Shown here: in pieces, positions 50,073 through 59,061 of the stretch
Numbering within the stretch: position 1 is the stretch's first letter
How the letters are laid out: each line of letters starts with the position of its first letter
Source of the DNA: an uncultured Flavobacteriales bacterium
GTDB taxonomy: Bacteria; Bacteroidota; Bacteroidia; Flavobacteriales_D; Parvicellaceae
Reading direction: 5' to 3'
Assembly (NCBI GenBank): GCA_913064955.1
Contig: CAJYBK010000001.1
Location: 1 to 63,837, forward strand
Length of the DNA: 63,837 nt
Made by a program: the position numbers and the translations under genes
The notes under the pieces: model-generated
Seen by the model: only the letters and a program-made list of their open reading frames with translations
Databases searched by the model: none
What the model was told of the DNA's origin: nothing

Positions 50073-52766
50073 GTGATGAGAGTATTATTGATTGTATTTA
50101 CATTAATGTCCTTAGGTCTTTTTGGGCAAGGAGAGATTGGTGATGCTTTGTTTGATAATTTCGAGTATTCGAAAGCGATTAAATATTACAATAATGATGC
50201 TGACTTGACCCTTAATCAAAAGGAAAATCTAGCCTATTCATATTTTGTAACGCAGGATTTTGTAAATGCAGAAAAATACTATCAAGAAATCGTTGCATCT
50301 GATGATGTCGAACCGGTTTTTTATCAGTTTTATGGCATCTCACTAAGGAATAATGGCAAATACGATGAAGCAAAAATAAATTTTGAAAAGCTATTAGAAA
50401 TTGATTCATCTTACCTTATAAGTAAAGTCGCACTTAAAGGGTTAAACGAGCATAAAGAATTAGTGGGTCAACCTCAAAAATTAGAGGCGATTAATTTAAG
50501 TGGGATAAATAATGGCGCTGCTTCCTACGCTCCAAGATATTTTAATGACGGAATATTATTCTGCTCTGAATTGATCAATGATAGTTTAAAAAGAAGACCA
50601 AAAATTGACATTAATGATGACTTTACGGAAGTTAATGAATTAGCATATGGAGTTGCAGAAAGACCGTTGTCCGCTATTTTTTATGCTGAATTGTTGGGGT
50701 CAGAGGTTAAAAAAGTAGAGCCATATTTATCTTCTGATAAATTCCATATTGGAAATTTTACACTGAATGATTCCTTGAAACAAATCATCTTTACTAAAGT
50801 TGATTTGAATAAACAATGGGATCCAAATGCTAGAAAGCATCCTAGATTGTTTTCAACTCCATTGAATGGGATTTTAATTACAAATAACGCTGAAAGATTA
50901 GGCGTTAAGAAATTGTCTAATGAAGTTGGTTCTGGACACCCAGAACTAACAGCGGATGGAAAGGTTTTGTATTTTTCAAGTGACAAGCCGGGAGGATTTG
51001 GAGGAAGTGATTTGTATATGTCTAAGTTGACAGAAGATGGAAAATGGTCTGAACCCATAAATCTTGGGGCAAAAATAAATACAGCAGGGGATGAGTTAAG
51101 CCCATATATTTATAAAAATGAATATTTGTATTTTTCTTCAAATGGACATATTGGTTATGGAGGATTGGATATATTAAAGATTCATATCGATTCTATGGAG
51201 TTAACTACTCCTTCGTTGTTGAGTCAACCAATTAATTCTATAAGTGACGATTACGGTTTATTGATTGATCCTATGAACCCTGACAATGGTTTCATAACAT
51301 CCAATCGACTTGGAGGAATGGGAGATGATGATATCTATGCTTTTAGACTTAAGTTAGAAGGAGTTTTTGTACAAGGTGTTGTTAAGGATTTAAATGGAAA
51401 TCTGGTGGCAAATGCTTTGATTAAAATCTATGACCAAGATGGAAACGAAGTTGGACAAACTCGAACGGATGAAAATGGGAGATATATAATAGAATTGGAC
51501 GATGAAGGTGATTATCAAGTAATAGCATCTATTCCTGGATTCGCTGATAAGGAAATAATTTCCATCAATGAAGATTGGGATAATCATAGTATTTTGGAAA
51601 TGGTTTTGGAGCCAACCAATACAGCTCAAGGAATTGTTAGAAATGAAGATGGAACCATTGCTGATAGTGTCAAAATTGAATTAAAAGACGATCAAGGCAA
51701 TGTTTTATTTAGTGCCATCACCGATGAAAATGGATATTATCAATTTCCGCTGTTTGAGGAGAATACCACTTACATTGCAGAAGCAACTGATGGATCTAAA
51801 AGAGGAAGCGAAATATTTGTTACGGACGACAACTTTGACAGTGAAAAAGAGACAGATATCGTACTAAGCAATAAAGGAACATTTGTTGAAGGAATAGTGC
51901 TTAATGAAGACGGTTCCCCTGCCTCTGGTGTTGATGTAAATTTATATGATTCTCAAGGTAGTTTAATTGCCTCCACACTTACCGATAAAAATGGCAATTA
52001 CCATTTTGACTTGGACAAGGATAAAGATTATCAAATACTTGCAGTTACGGATGGATTTGAAGCATTGCAGAACATCTTTACCGGTGACAAGTACGATTCA
52101 TCCAATAAGTTAAATCTGCAATTGGAACCAATTGGAAAAGAGTCGTTCGCTTTGGTGGCTGATAATGATACTAAAATAGGCATCTCTGATGTGAGAGTTA
52201 CTTTAGTAGATGACGAAACAGGTAATAAAATTACAACTAAAACGGATGCTGAAGGAAAATTTACTTTTAGAATAAAACCAAAACATTCGTATACAATCAA
52301 CCTAGAAAAAGAAGGATATTATCCACGATCAGTTAAAATCGAAGCGGGAAAGAAGTTGCCAGAAAAAGTTGATTTGAATAAGTTGGGTGATTTCGGTATG
52401 GATTACGCTGGTTATGATGTGGATAAAATCTATTTTGAATTAGATAGCTATGTAATAACGGATGCTTCGAAGTTACAAGTAGATAAAATTGTGGAAGTAT
52501 TGTCCAAAAATCGTAAAGCAACAGTGACTATTAAGTCATATGCTGATTGTCGTGGACCAGAAAAGTATAATATTTCTTTATCATACAAAAGATCCAAAGC
52601 AGTCAAGGAATACCTAATTCAAAATGGAGTGAAGGGCAACCGTATTTTAACTGAGTCTTTAGGGGCTTCCAATTTTGTAAATAATTGTACTACTGGTGAC
52701 GCTTGTTCAGAAAATGAACATGCTCTGAATAGAAGGTCAGAGTTTGAAATAGATTTTAGAAAGTGA
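50073..52766 (+). CDS. PorE-like OmpA-family protein (TPR, PD40 propeller, four carboxypeptidase-regulatory-like domains, OmpA_C)
   Basis: YFSSDKPGGFGGSDLY; repeated GxV...G.....V.I.L.D units; IYFE...D.RG...YN..LS..R...NRRSEF. Confidence 0.9.
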   Translation: MMRVLLIVFTLMSLGLFGQGEIGDALFDNFEYSKAIKYYNNDADLTLNQKENLAYSYFVTQDFVNAEKYYQEIVASDDVEPVFYQFYGISLRNNGKYDEAKINFEKLLEIDSSYLISKVALKGLNEHKELVGQPQKLEAINLSGINNGAASYAPRYFNDGILFCSELINDSLKRRPKIDINDDFTEVNELAYGVAERPLSAIFYAELLGSEVKKVEPYLSSDKFHIGNFTLNDSLKQIIFTKVDLNKQWDPNARKHPRLFSTPLNGILITNNAERLGVKKLSNEVGSGHPELTADGKVLYFSSDKPGGFGGSDLYMSKLTEDGKWSEPINLGAKINTAGDELSPYIYKNEYLYFSSNGHIGYGGLDILKIHIDSMELTTPSLLSQPINSISDDYGLLIDPMNPDNGFITSNRLGGMGDDDIYAFRLKLEGVFVQGVVKDLNGNLVANALIKIYDQDGNEVGQTRTDENGRYIIELDDEGDYQVIASIPGFADKEIISINEDWDNHSILEMVLEPTNTAQGIVRNEDGTIADSVKIELKDDQGNVLFSAITDENGYYQFPLFEENTTYIAEATDGSKRGSEIFVTDDNFDSEKETDIVLSNKGTFVEGIVLNEDGSPASGVDVNLYDSQGSLIASTLTDKNGNYHFDLDKDKDYQILAVTDGFEALQNIFTGDKYDSSNKLNLQLEPIGKESFALVADNDTKIGISDVRVTLVDDETGNKITTKTDAEGKFTFRIKPKHSYTINLEKEGYYPRSVKIEAGKKLPEKVDLNKLGDFGMDYAGYDVDKIYFELDSYVITDASKLQVDKIVEVLSKNRKATVTIKSYADCRGPEKYNISLSYKRSKAVKEYLIQNGVKGNRILTESLGASNFVNNCTTGDACSENEHALNRRSEFEIDFRK

Positions 52767-52815
52767 TTAACGGTATATTTCTTTTAGTTAAAGAATATAT
52801 CTTTGCATTAATAAT

Positions 52816-54096
52816 ATGAAGGTTATGAAGTTTGGTGGAGTTATTTTTTTTATGACATTAATGTTTTTTTGGAGTTGTAATTCAGCTCCAGAAGTGATTA
52901 GTGAAAATAAAAATGAAAAAGAGGTAGTTGAAAATAGTGATGTATATCTGCTTCCACAAGGTTTTTGGATTGGTGCTTTAAGGATAAATGAAGTCGATAG
53001 AATACCATTTAATTTAGAGGTTATTGGTGATTCTGTTTATTTTATTAATGCTGATGAAAGAATTGGAGCATCGATTACCAAATCAGATGAACAATATGTT
53101 ATTGAAATGCCAATTTTCGATAGTGAATTTAGGTTTTCATTAACTGATCAAGGGTTGTACGGCTTTTGGCATAACTACGCCAAATCTGATGATTATAAAA
53201 TAGATTTTACTGCGAAACAAATTGATGAGGTAAATGTTTTTAATCGATTTAATGTAGCGGTTTCTGATAAGTTTTCAAATTTTGAAGGAAATTGGGAGAC
53301 CACTTTTGCTGTTGGCACTGAAGATGAATACAAAGCGTTAGGTCTTTTGGTTCAGGTTGGACAAGAGGTTACTGGAACTTTTTTAACTGAGACAGGTGAT
53401 TATAGGTTCCTGCAGGGAAATGCTACAGGCGATTCACTCTATATCAGCGCATTTGATGGGTCACATGCTTTTATGCTTAAGGCCAATTTAGAAAACGATA
53501 CTTTGATTGGAACTTTCTTTAGTGGTAATCACTATCAAAATAATTGGAAAGCCTTCAGGAATGATAATTTTGAATTAACAGATCCAGACTCTCTAACAAA
53601 ATTGAAAATTGGAGAGGAATTGTCATTTAGTTTTCCAGGTTTAGATAATAAAATGGTGGAATATCCTAGCCCTAAGTATACAGAGAAAGTGGTGATCATT
53701 CAGATTCTTGGATCGTGGTGTCCAAATTGTATGGATGAAACTAAGTTTCTTTCAGATTTGCACAAAACATATAAAAATAAAGGTTTAGAGATAATTGGTA
53801 TTTCTTTCGAAAATCCAGCATCCCTAGAAGGTAAAATAGAAAGAGTCAAAGAGTTGAAAGAATTTTTTAATGCGGAGTATGATTTCTGCATCGGAGGAGA
53901 TGCTAGTAAGAAAACCGCTGAGTTGGTGTTGCCGGCATTGGATAAAATCATGTCTTTTCCTACTACATTGTATATAGATAAAGATGGTGTGATAAGAAAA
54001 ATACATACCGGATTTAATGGACCAGGTACTGGCCCTTATTTCTTAAAATATGCAGAACAAACCAATAAGTTTGTGCAAGCACTGCTAAACGAATAG
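52816..54096 (+). CDS. TlpA/redoxin-family thiol-disulfide lipoprotein
   Basis: Lipobox FWS-C; GSWCPNCMDE and SFPT motifs. Confidence 0.88.
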   Translation: MKVMKFGGVIFFMTLMFFWSCNSAPEVISENKNEKEVVENSDVYLLPQGFWIGALRINEVDRIPFNLEVIGDSVYFINADERIGASITKSDEQYVIEMPIFDSEFRFSLTDQGLYGFWHNYAKSDDYKIDFTAKQIDEVNVFNRFNVAVSDKFSNFEGNWETTFAVGTEDEYKALGLLVQVGQEVTGTFLTETGDYRFLQGNATGDSLYISAFDGSHAFMLKANLENDTLIGTFFSGNHYQNNWKAFRNDNFELTDPDSLTKLKIGEELSFSFPGLDNKMVEYPSPKYTEKVVIIQILGSWCPNCMDETKFLSDLHKTYKNKGLEIIGISFENPASLEGKIERVKELKEFFNAEYDFCIGGDASKKTAELVLPALDKIMSFPTTLYIDKDGVIRKIHTGFNGPGTGPYFLKYAEQTNKFVQALLNE

Positions 54097-54100
54097 ACCT

Positions 54101-55111
54101 ATGATGATAGCCTCGAAAAATGCCGTTTTGAGGTATCGAATCATCGATCGTTGTATTCGTTCCACGGCTTTTCCTTTTCCATCCAAGCAAGAATTACGCG
54201 AAGCTTGTGAAGAAGAACTTTATGGTTCCGTTAGTAGTAGCCATATTTGTGACTCCACCATCGAAAAAGACCTTTTTGCCATGCGCAACGAACATGATGC
54301 GCCTATCAAGTTTAGCAGAGCCAATAAAGGTTACTATTATGAAGATGCTAACTATTCCATTGATGAGATTCCGCTAAATGACAAAGATGTGGACGCAATA
54401 AAAATGGCTGCAAACGTCCTTTATCAGTTTAAAAATTCTAGCCTTTTTAAAAACTTTGATTTTGCTATTTCTAAAATATTAGATAGAGTTAATATTTCAG
54501 ACAACATCAATGATGAGGAGATAGAGAACTTTGTGCAATTTGAAAAAGTCAATAAAATTCAAGGAAGCGAATATTTGGAAACTTTGCTGGAAGCAATAAA
54601 AAATAAAAAAAAGGTTCAGTTTGCTTATCAAAGCTTTTCTGCTTCGGAAAAGAAATTAAGAAGGGTACATCCTTATCTGCTTAAAGAATATAGACACAGA
54701 TGGTATCTAATTGGTAAAAATGAATTAAAAAATGTGGTGCAAACTTATGGGTTGGATAGACTAGATGAGTTGCAAATGCTCGAAGATTCTTTTACTATGG
54801 ATAATTCTTTTGATCCAGATTTGTTCTTTAAATATTCCTTAGGAATTACGGCAAATGTTGGACATCCGGAAAAAATAAAAATTGAAACAGAGGAGTTACT
54901 CTCCAAGTATTTACTTTCACAACCACTTCACTTATCGCAAGAATATCATGGAGAAGTTAATGGGAAGCATGTTTTCACCTATTTTCTACTTCCTACTTAT
55001 GAGTTGAGAACCCAGTTACTTGGTTTTGGGGATGAGGTCAAAGTTATTGAGCCACTAAGTTTAGCCAAAACGTTGAAAGAAATTTGCGAGAATGTAATTC
55101 AGAAGTATTAG
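54101..55111 (+). CDS. WYL-domain transcriptional regulator
   Basis: N-terminal wHTH (RY.IID.C...TIEKD...MR), HPYLLKEYRHRWYL...YGLDR and a WCX tail. Confidence 0.93.
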   Translation: MMIASKNAVLRYRIIDRCIRSTAFPFPSKQELREACEEELYGSVSSSHICDSTIEKDLFAMRNEHDAPIKFSRANKGYYYEDANYSIDEIPLNDKDVDAIKMAANVLYQFKNSSLFKNFDFAISKILDRVNISDNINDEEIENFVQFEKVNKIQGSEYLETLLEAIKNKKKVQFAYQSFSASEKKLRRVHPYLLKEYRHRWYLIGKNELKNVVQTYGLDRLDELQMLEDSFTMDNSFDPDLFFKYSLGITANVGHPEKIKIETEELLSKYLLSQPLHLSQEYHGEVNGKHVFTYFLLPTYELRTQLLGFGDEVKVIEPLSLAKTLKEICENVIQKY

Positions 55112-55225
55112 TTACGTCATAGATTTTAACAAACCCTCGTTCAATTTGAAATAATAACAAAGCACTTCTGTGGCTATTTTGAAGTAAATTTGATTTTCGT
55201 TGGAATGATAATTGTTTTTAAGTTA

Positions 55226-56125
55226 ATGTTGAAACACTCTTTAATAATATTTGGTTTGATATTTTCTGTTGTAGTAAACGCACAACTGATTGAGAATATC
55301 AACTGTCATGCTTTTACGGAAGAGCCATTTTTTAATCTTAATTTTATTAAGCAAAACAAGATTAAAGCTATTAATGGCGAAATAAGGACTAAAGGTAATT
55401 TGGAGGTCATAAAGGATGTGAAACTTGTAACTAGATACGAGTTTGACCAGGAAGGGAAGTTGACAATTCAATTGGGGTCTTTTAATACGCTAGGCACCAA
55501 GGATACCACTTTTATTAATTACGAGTATGACGACTCTTTAAATCTTATTACAAAAAGGACAAATGATGTTTACGGGTTTTTTTCTTACAATTTTACATTT
55601 GATGATAAGAACAGAGTACTATCCAAAACTTATGCTAGAGAAGAAAATGTGGGAAAAGATCGATACCACTTTGAACTAGGTAAACAGTATATTATAGTGA
55701 ATGAAAGTTATTCTTATATAGACAATGACTCAATTGTTGTGAAATCTATTTATAATAATCACAACAGAGTTTATCAAAAAGACACCTACGTGTATAATGA
55801 ACATAATTTGTTAGCAGAGGAACTTAGGCAGTTTGTAATAAATAAAAAGAAAGCCAAAACTGTTTACACTTATACGGAAATGGGGTTGATGGAGAGCAAG
55901 ACGCTTTGGAAAGACCTAAAAAAAGTTAAAGATTTTGAAAAATGGGCATATAAATATGATGAACTGGGTAATCTAACCTATATAGATTATTATAAAGGAG
56001 ATGTACATACTACACATGAGGAAGTACTGTACGATAACGCAACTTTTATGCTAAAAGCGCTACTTGTTCAGGATGTGGCTTCTAACTTTATCACGATTAT
56101 TAAATTCACTACAGAATATTACTAA
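55226..56125 (+). CDS. Secreted hypothetical protein with YD-like repeats
   Basis: Signal peptide from ATG 55226; YEFD.EG, YEYD, Y.YN and YKYDELGN repeats. Confidence 0.7.
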   Translation: MLKHSLIIFGLIFSVVVNAQLIENINCHAFTEEPFFNLNFIKQNKIKAINGEIRTKGNLEVIKDVKLVTRYEFDQEGKLTIQLGSFNTLGTKDTTFINYEYDDSLNLITKRTNDVYGFFSYNFTFDDKNRVLSKTYAREENVGKDRYHFELGKQYIIVNESYSYIDNDSIVVKSIYNNHNRVYQKDTYVYNEHNLLAEELRQFVINKKKAKTVYTYTEMGLMESKTLWKDLKKVKDFEKWAYKYDELGNLTYIDYYKGDVHTTHEEVLYDNATFMLKALLVQDVASNFITIIKFTTEYY

Positions 56126-56235
56126 ACAACAGTTTTTAACATTGTCGTTTTAAGAATTTAGGAGTTAAATAATGAGGATATGCCCAAAAAAAATTATATT
56201 TGTTGTGAATGTTTAATTAATTAAAACTTACAACA

Positions 56236-56379
56236 ATGAAAAAAGTATTTATGTTATTAGCAGTTGCTGCTTTCTTTTCTACAACAGTAATCTCATGTGG
56301 AGAAGAGAAAAAAGAAGAAACTACTGAAAATGCAGAAGGTGGAGACGCTGAAGAAGATCATGAAGGTCACGACCACTAA
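56236..56379 (+). CDS. 47-aa lipoprotein with a His-rich tail (not in the ORF track)
   Basis: MKKVFMLLAVAAFFSTTVISCGEEKKEETTENAEGGDAEEDHEGHDH*. TATATTTG promoter element at 56195-56202; terminator downstream. Confidence 0.85.
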   Translation: MKKVFMLLAVAAFFSTTVISCGEEKKEETTENAEGGDAEEDHEGHDH

Positions 56380-56401
56380 ACTTCTTTTTAAAAAAGAATT
56401 T

Positions 56402-56437
56402 AAAACTCTCATTTCATTTTTGAAATGAGAGTTTTTT
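56402..56437 (+). terminator. Intrinsic terminator
   Basis: AAAACTCTCATTTCA-TTTT-TGAAATGAGAGTTTT. Confidence 0.88.
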
Positions 56438-56474
56438 TATTTTTGCACCTTTATTAATCTAAATACTTAATTTC

Positions 56475-56726
56475 ATGAGAGTTATTTTTCTTTTCTTAGT
56501 AATTTCCTTAATGGTGAGTTGTAAACCTGTTAATGATGATGCAACCGCAGTTTGTCATTGTTACAAGGAGTTGTTAAAAATATCACCTGAGAAAGAAGCT
56601 CTAAAAATGGAGGCTGTTGCAGATAGTTGCGGTAAGTTACACGCATCAGTACTTCAAAAATTCGAAAAAGGTTCTGACGAGCACAAAGCATTCATAGAGG
56701 CGTATACATTTTGTCAAAACGAATAA
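56475..56726 (+). CDS. Small lipoprotein with four additional Cys
   Basis: Lipobox MVS-C; CHC...C...C pattern; TATTTTTG at 56438-56445. Confidence 0.75.
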   Translation: MRVIFLFLVISLMVSCKPVNDDATAVCHCYKELLKISPEKEALKMEAVADSCGKLHASVLQKFEKGSDEHKAFIEAYTFCQNE

Positions 56727-56848
56727 TTCCCTTGTCCTATATTTTCTTTCTAGTCATCGCATAAAAATTGCAAGTTATAGATATCTCATTTGAATCGATT
56801 TTGGAAATTCTACATTTGTAGCACTATAAACCGAATTATTAAGATCAA

Positions 56849-57694
56849 ATGAGTAAAGAAACTTCAAAAGCAAATTTTATTAACGACTATGTAACTCCTT
56901 TTATTAAAGACGACTTGGTGCCATTTGTGATCAGTATTGCTATTGCAATTGCTGTATTATGGATTGGAAGTATTCTCATCAAGAAACTAAGCAAAGTTAT
57001 AGGCAAAAGGATGGAGAAATCTAATCTTGATCCTACACTTAGACCTTTCTTAACCACTATTATAAGTACTCTATTAAAAGTAATCCTGTACATAACCGTT
57101 ATTGGTATTCTAGGCATTCCAACCACGTCTTTAGCCGCGATTTTGGCTGCAGCAGGTATCGCTATAGGAATGGCCTTGTCTGGTACATTACAGAATTTTG
57201 CTGGTGGTGTGATGCTATTGATTTTTAAACCATTTAAGGTAGGCGATTTGATTGAAGCTCAAAGTTATACAGGGAAAGTTAAAGAGGTCTCTTTGTTTGT
57301 GACTATTCTAACCACTTTAGACAACAAAACAGTTATACTTCCTAACGGTCCATTATCAAATGGGGCTATGGTTAACTATTCGACTGAAGAGTTTAGAAGA
57401 GTAGATTGGAAGTTTGGAATAGCATATGGAGATGATACTATCAATGCTAGAGAAATTATTAAAAAATGTATTGGCACTGACGATCGAATTCTATCTAATC
57501 CTGAGGCTCCATTTGTGGAAGTAAGCGGTCTAGGAGATAGTTCAGTAAACTTTGCAGTAAGAGTTTGGGTGAAACAAGCTGATTATTGGGGTGTTTTCTT
57601 CAAAATGAACGAAACAATATATCAAGAATTTAATGCGAATGGAATTAGTATTCCTTTCCCACAAATGGACGTACATGTTCATAATAGTAAGTAA
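56849..57694 (+). CDS. mscS: Small-conductance mechanosensitive channel
   Basis: AIGMALSGTLQNFAGG...KPFKVGD and IPFPQMDVH motifs. Confidence 0.94.
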   Translation: MSKETSKANFINDYVTPFIKDDLVPFVISIAIAIAVLWIGSILIKKLSKVIGKRMEKSNLDPTLRPFLTTIISTLLKVILYITVIGILGIPTTSLAAILAAAGIAIGMALSGTLQNFAGGVMLLIFKPFKVGDLIEAQSYTGKVKEVSLFVTILTTLDNKTVILPNGPLSNGAMVNYSTEEFRRVDWKFGIAYGDDTINAREIIKKCIGTDDRILSNPEAPFVEVSGLGDSSVNFAVRVWVKQADYWGVFFKMNETIYQEFNANGISIPFPQMDVHVHNSK

Positions 57695-57725
57695 AAATTA
57701 TCTAATTATTATAAAAAAAAACAAA

Positions 57726-58715
57726 ATGAAAAAAGTAACAATTGTAGTGGCAACAATGATGCTAAGTGTAGCATCTTTTGCACAAATTGATGGTGCTGAG
57801 AAAGCATTGAAAACGGCAGCTAAAGGTTCGGTTGATAGTACAAAAACTTGGGATACAGGTGGGAACGTAAACTTAAATGCAACACAGGTAGCTTTGTCCA
57901 ATTGGGCAGGTGGTGGTCAAAATTCTGTTTCACTTCAAGGGATTTTAGGATTATATGCAAACTATTCAAAAGGAAAAGCTGCATGGGATAATAGTTTAGA
58001 TCTTGCATACGGTATGATTAAAACTGGAACAGCAGATTGGTTTAAAAATGATGATAGAATAGAACTTAACTCAAAATATGGATACCGTGCATCTAAGCAT
58101 TGGTATTACGCTGGTCTTTTTAATTTTAGATCTCAGTTTACAGATGGTTTTAGTAAAGTAGGTGATGTAAGTCCAATTTCAACATTGATGGCGCCAGGCT
58201 ATACTACTATTGCACTTGGGATGGACTACAAACCTAACAAGAAGTTTAGTATGTTTGTTTCGCCAGCTACTTTGAAAATTACTGCGGTACTTGATGAAGA
58301 ATTGTCTGCAGCAGGTTCATTTGGTGTGCCAGCAGGTGAGAAAGTAAGAACAGAGTTTGGTGGATATGTTAAGGTGGCTTTCAATGAGCCTAAAGTATTT
58401 GGAAATGAGAATTTAGCGTTTAAAGCAAATGCATCTTTCTTCTCTAATTATCAAAATGAGCCTCAAAACGTTGATATTACAGCGGAAGCAATGCTTACAG
58501 CTAAAGTGGCTAAGTATTTCACAGTAAGTTTATCTCTTAATGTAATCTATGATCACGATATTCAAATTCAAAGATATGATGGTGAAAACCCTATGTATTA
58601 TACAAGACCTGATGGTTCTCAGTATTTAAATGCAGACGGAATGCCAATTCTTCAAAAAGGTCCAGTTACTCAGTTGAAAGAGGTAATGGCTTTAGGTTTT
58701 GCCTATAAATTCTAA
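57726..58715 (+). CDS. DUF3078-family outer-membrane beta-barrel protein
   Basis: SNWAGGG, KNDDRIELNSKYG and QLKEV..LG..Y.F motifs; start at ATG 57726. Confidence 0.85.
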   Translation: MKKVTIVVATMMLSVASFAQIDGAEKALKTAAKGSVDSTKTWDTGGNVNLNATQVALSNWAGGGQNSVSLQGILGLYANYSKGKAAWDNSLDLAYGMIKTGTADWFKNDDRIELNSKYGYRASKHWYYAGLFNFRSQFTDGFSKVGDVSPISTLMAPGYTTIALGMDYKPNKKFSMFVSPATLKITAVLDEELSAAGSFGVPAGEKVRTEFGGYVKVAFNEPKVFGNENLAFKANASFFSNYQNEPQNVDITAEAMLTAKVAKYFTVSLSLNVIYDHDIQIQRYDGENPMYYTRPDGSQYLNADGMPILQKGPVTQLKEVMALGFAYKF

Positions 58716-58738
58716 AAACGAATTGGACATAATTTATT

Positions 58739-58763
58739 AAAAGGGGCTTTAGCCCCTTTTTTT
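58739..58763 (+). terminator. Intrinsic terminator
   Basis: AAAAGGGGCT-TT-AGCCCCTTTTTTT. Confidence 0.85.
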
Positions 58764-58829
58764 GTTTTTTATTAAATCGTGTGATGAATTGTTTTTTTGT
58801 ACTTTTGTATTGAAATTAAAAATAATGTC

Positions 58830-59045
58830 ATGACGTCAGCAACATTAAATACAATATACGCAGGTATGTTTGGTACACCACAAATTATCTTAATAGTAGT
58901 GGTAGTGCTTTTGCTTTTTGGAGGAAAAAAAATACCTCAATTGATGAAAGGGTTAGGTCAAGGAATGAAAGAGTTTAAGGATGCATCAAGTAATTCTGAT
59001 AAGAAAGACGATGCAGCAGCAACTTCAGAAACAGAAAAGTCATAA
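58830..59045 (+). CDS. tatA: Twin-arginine translocase TatA/TatE
   Basis: [24 protein letters not shown]. Confidence 0.95.
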   Translation: MTSATLNTIYAGMFGTPQIILIVVVVLLLFGGKKIPQLMKGLGQGMKEFKDASSNSDKKDDAAATSETEKS

Positions 59046-59061
59046 GTAAAATTTCTATATT

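Noticed and set aside
55226-56125. Rhs toxin
   Set aside because: Only 299 aa, has a Sec signal, and lacks the DPxG core end, a toxin tip and an immunity gene.
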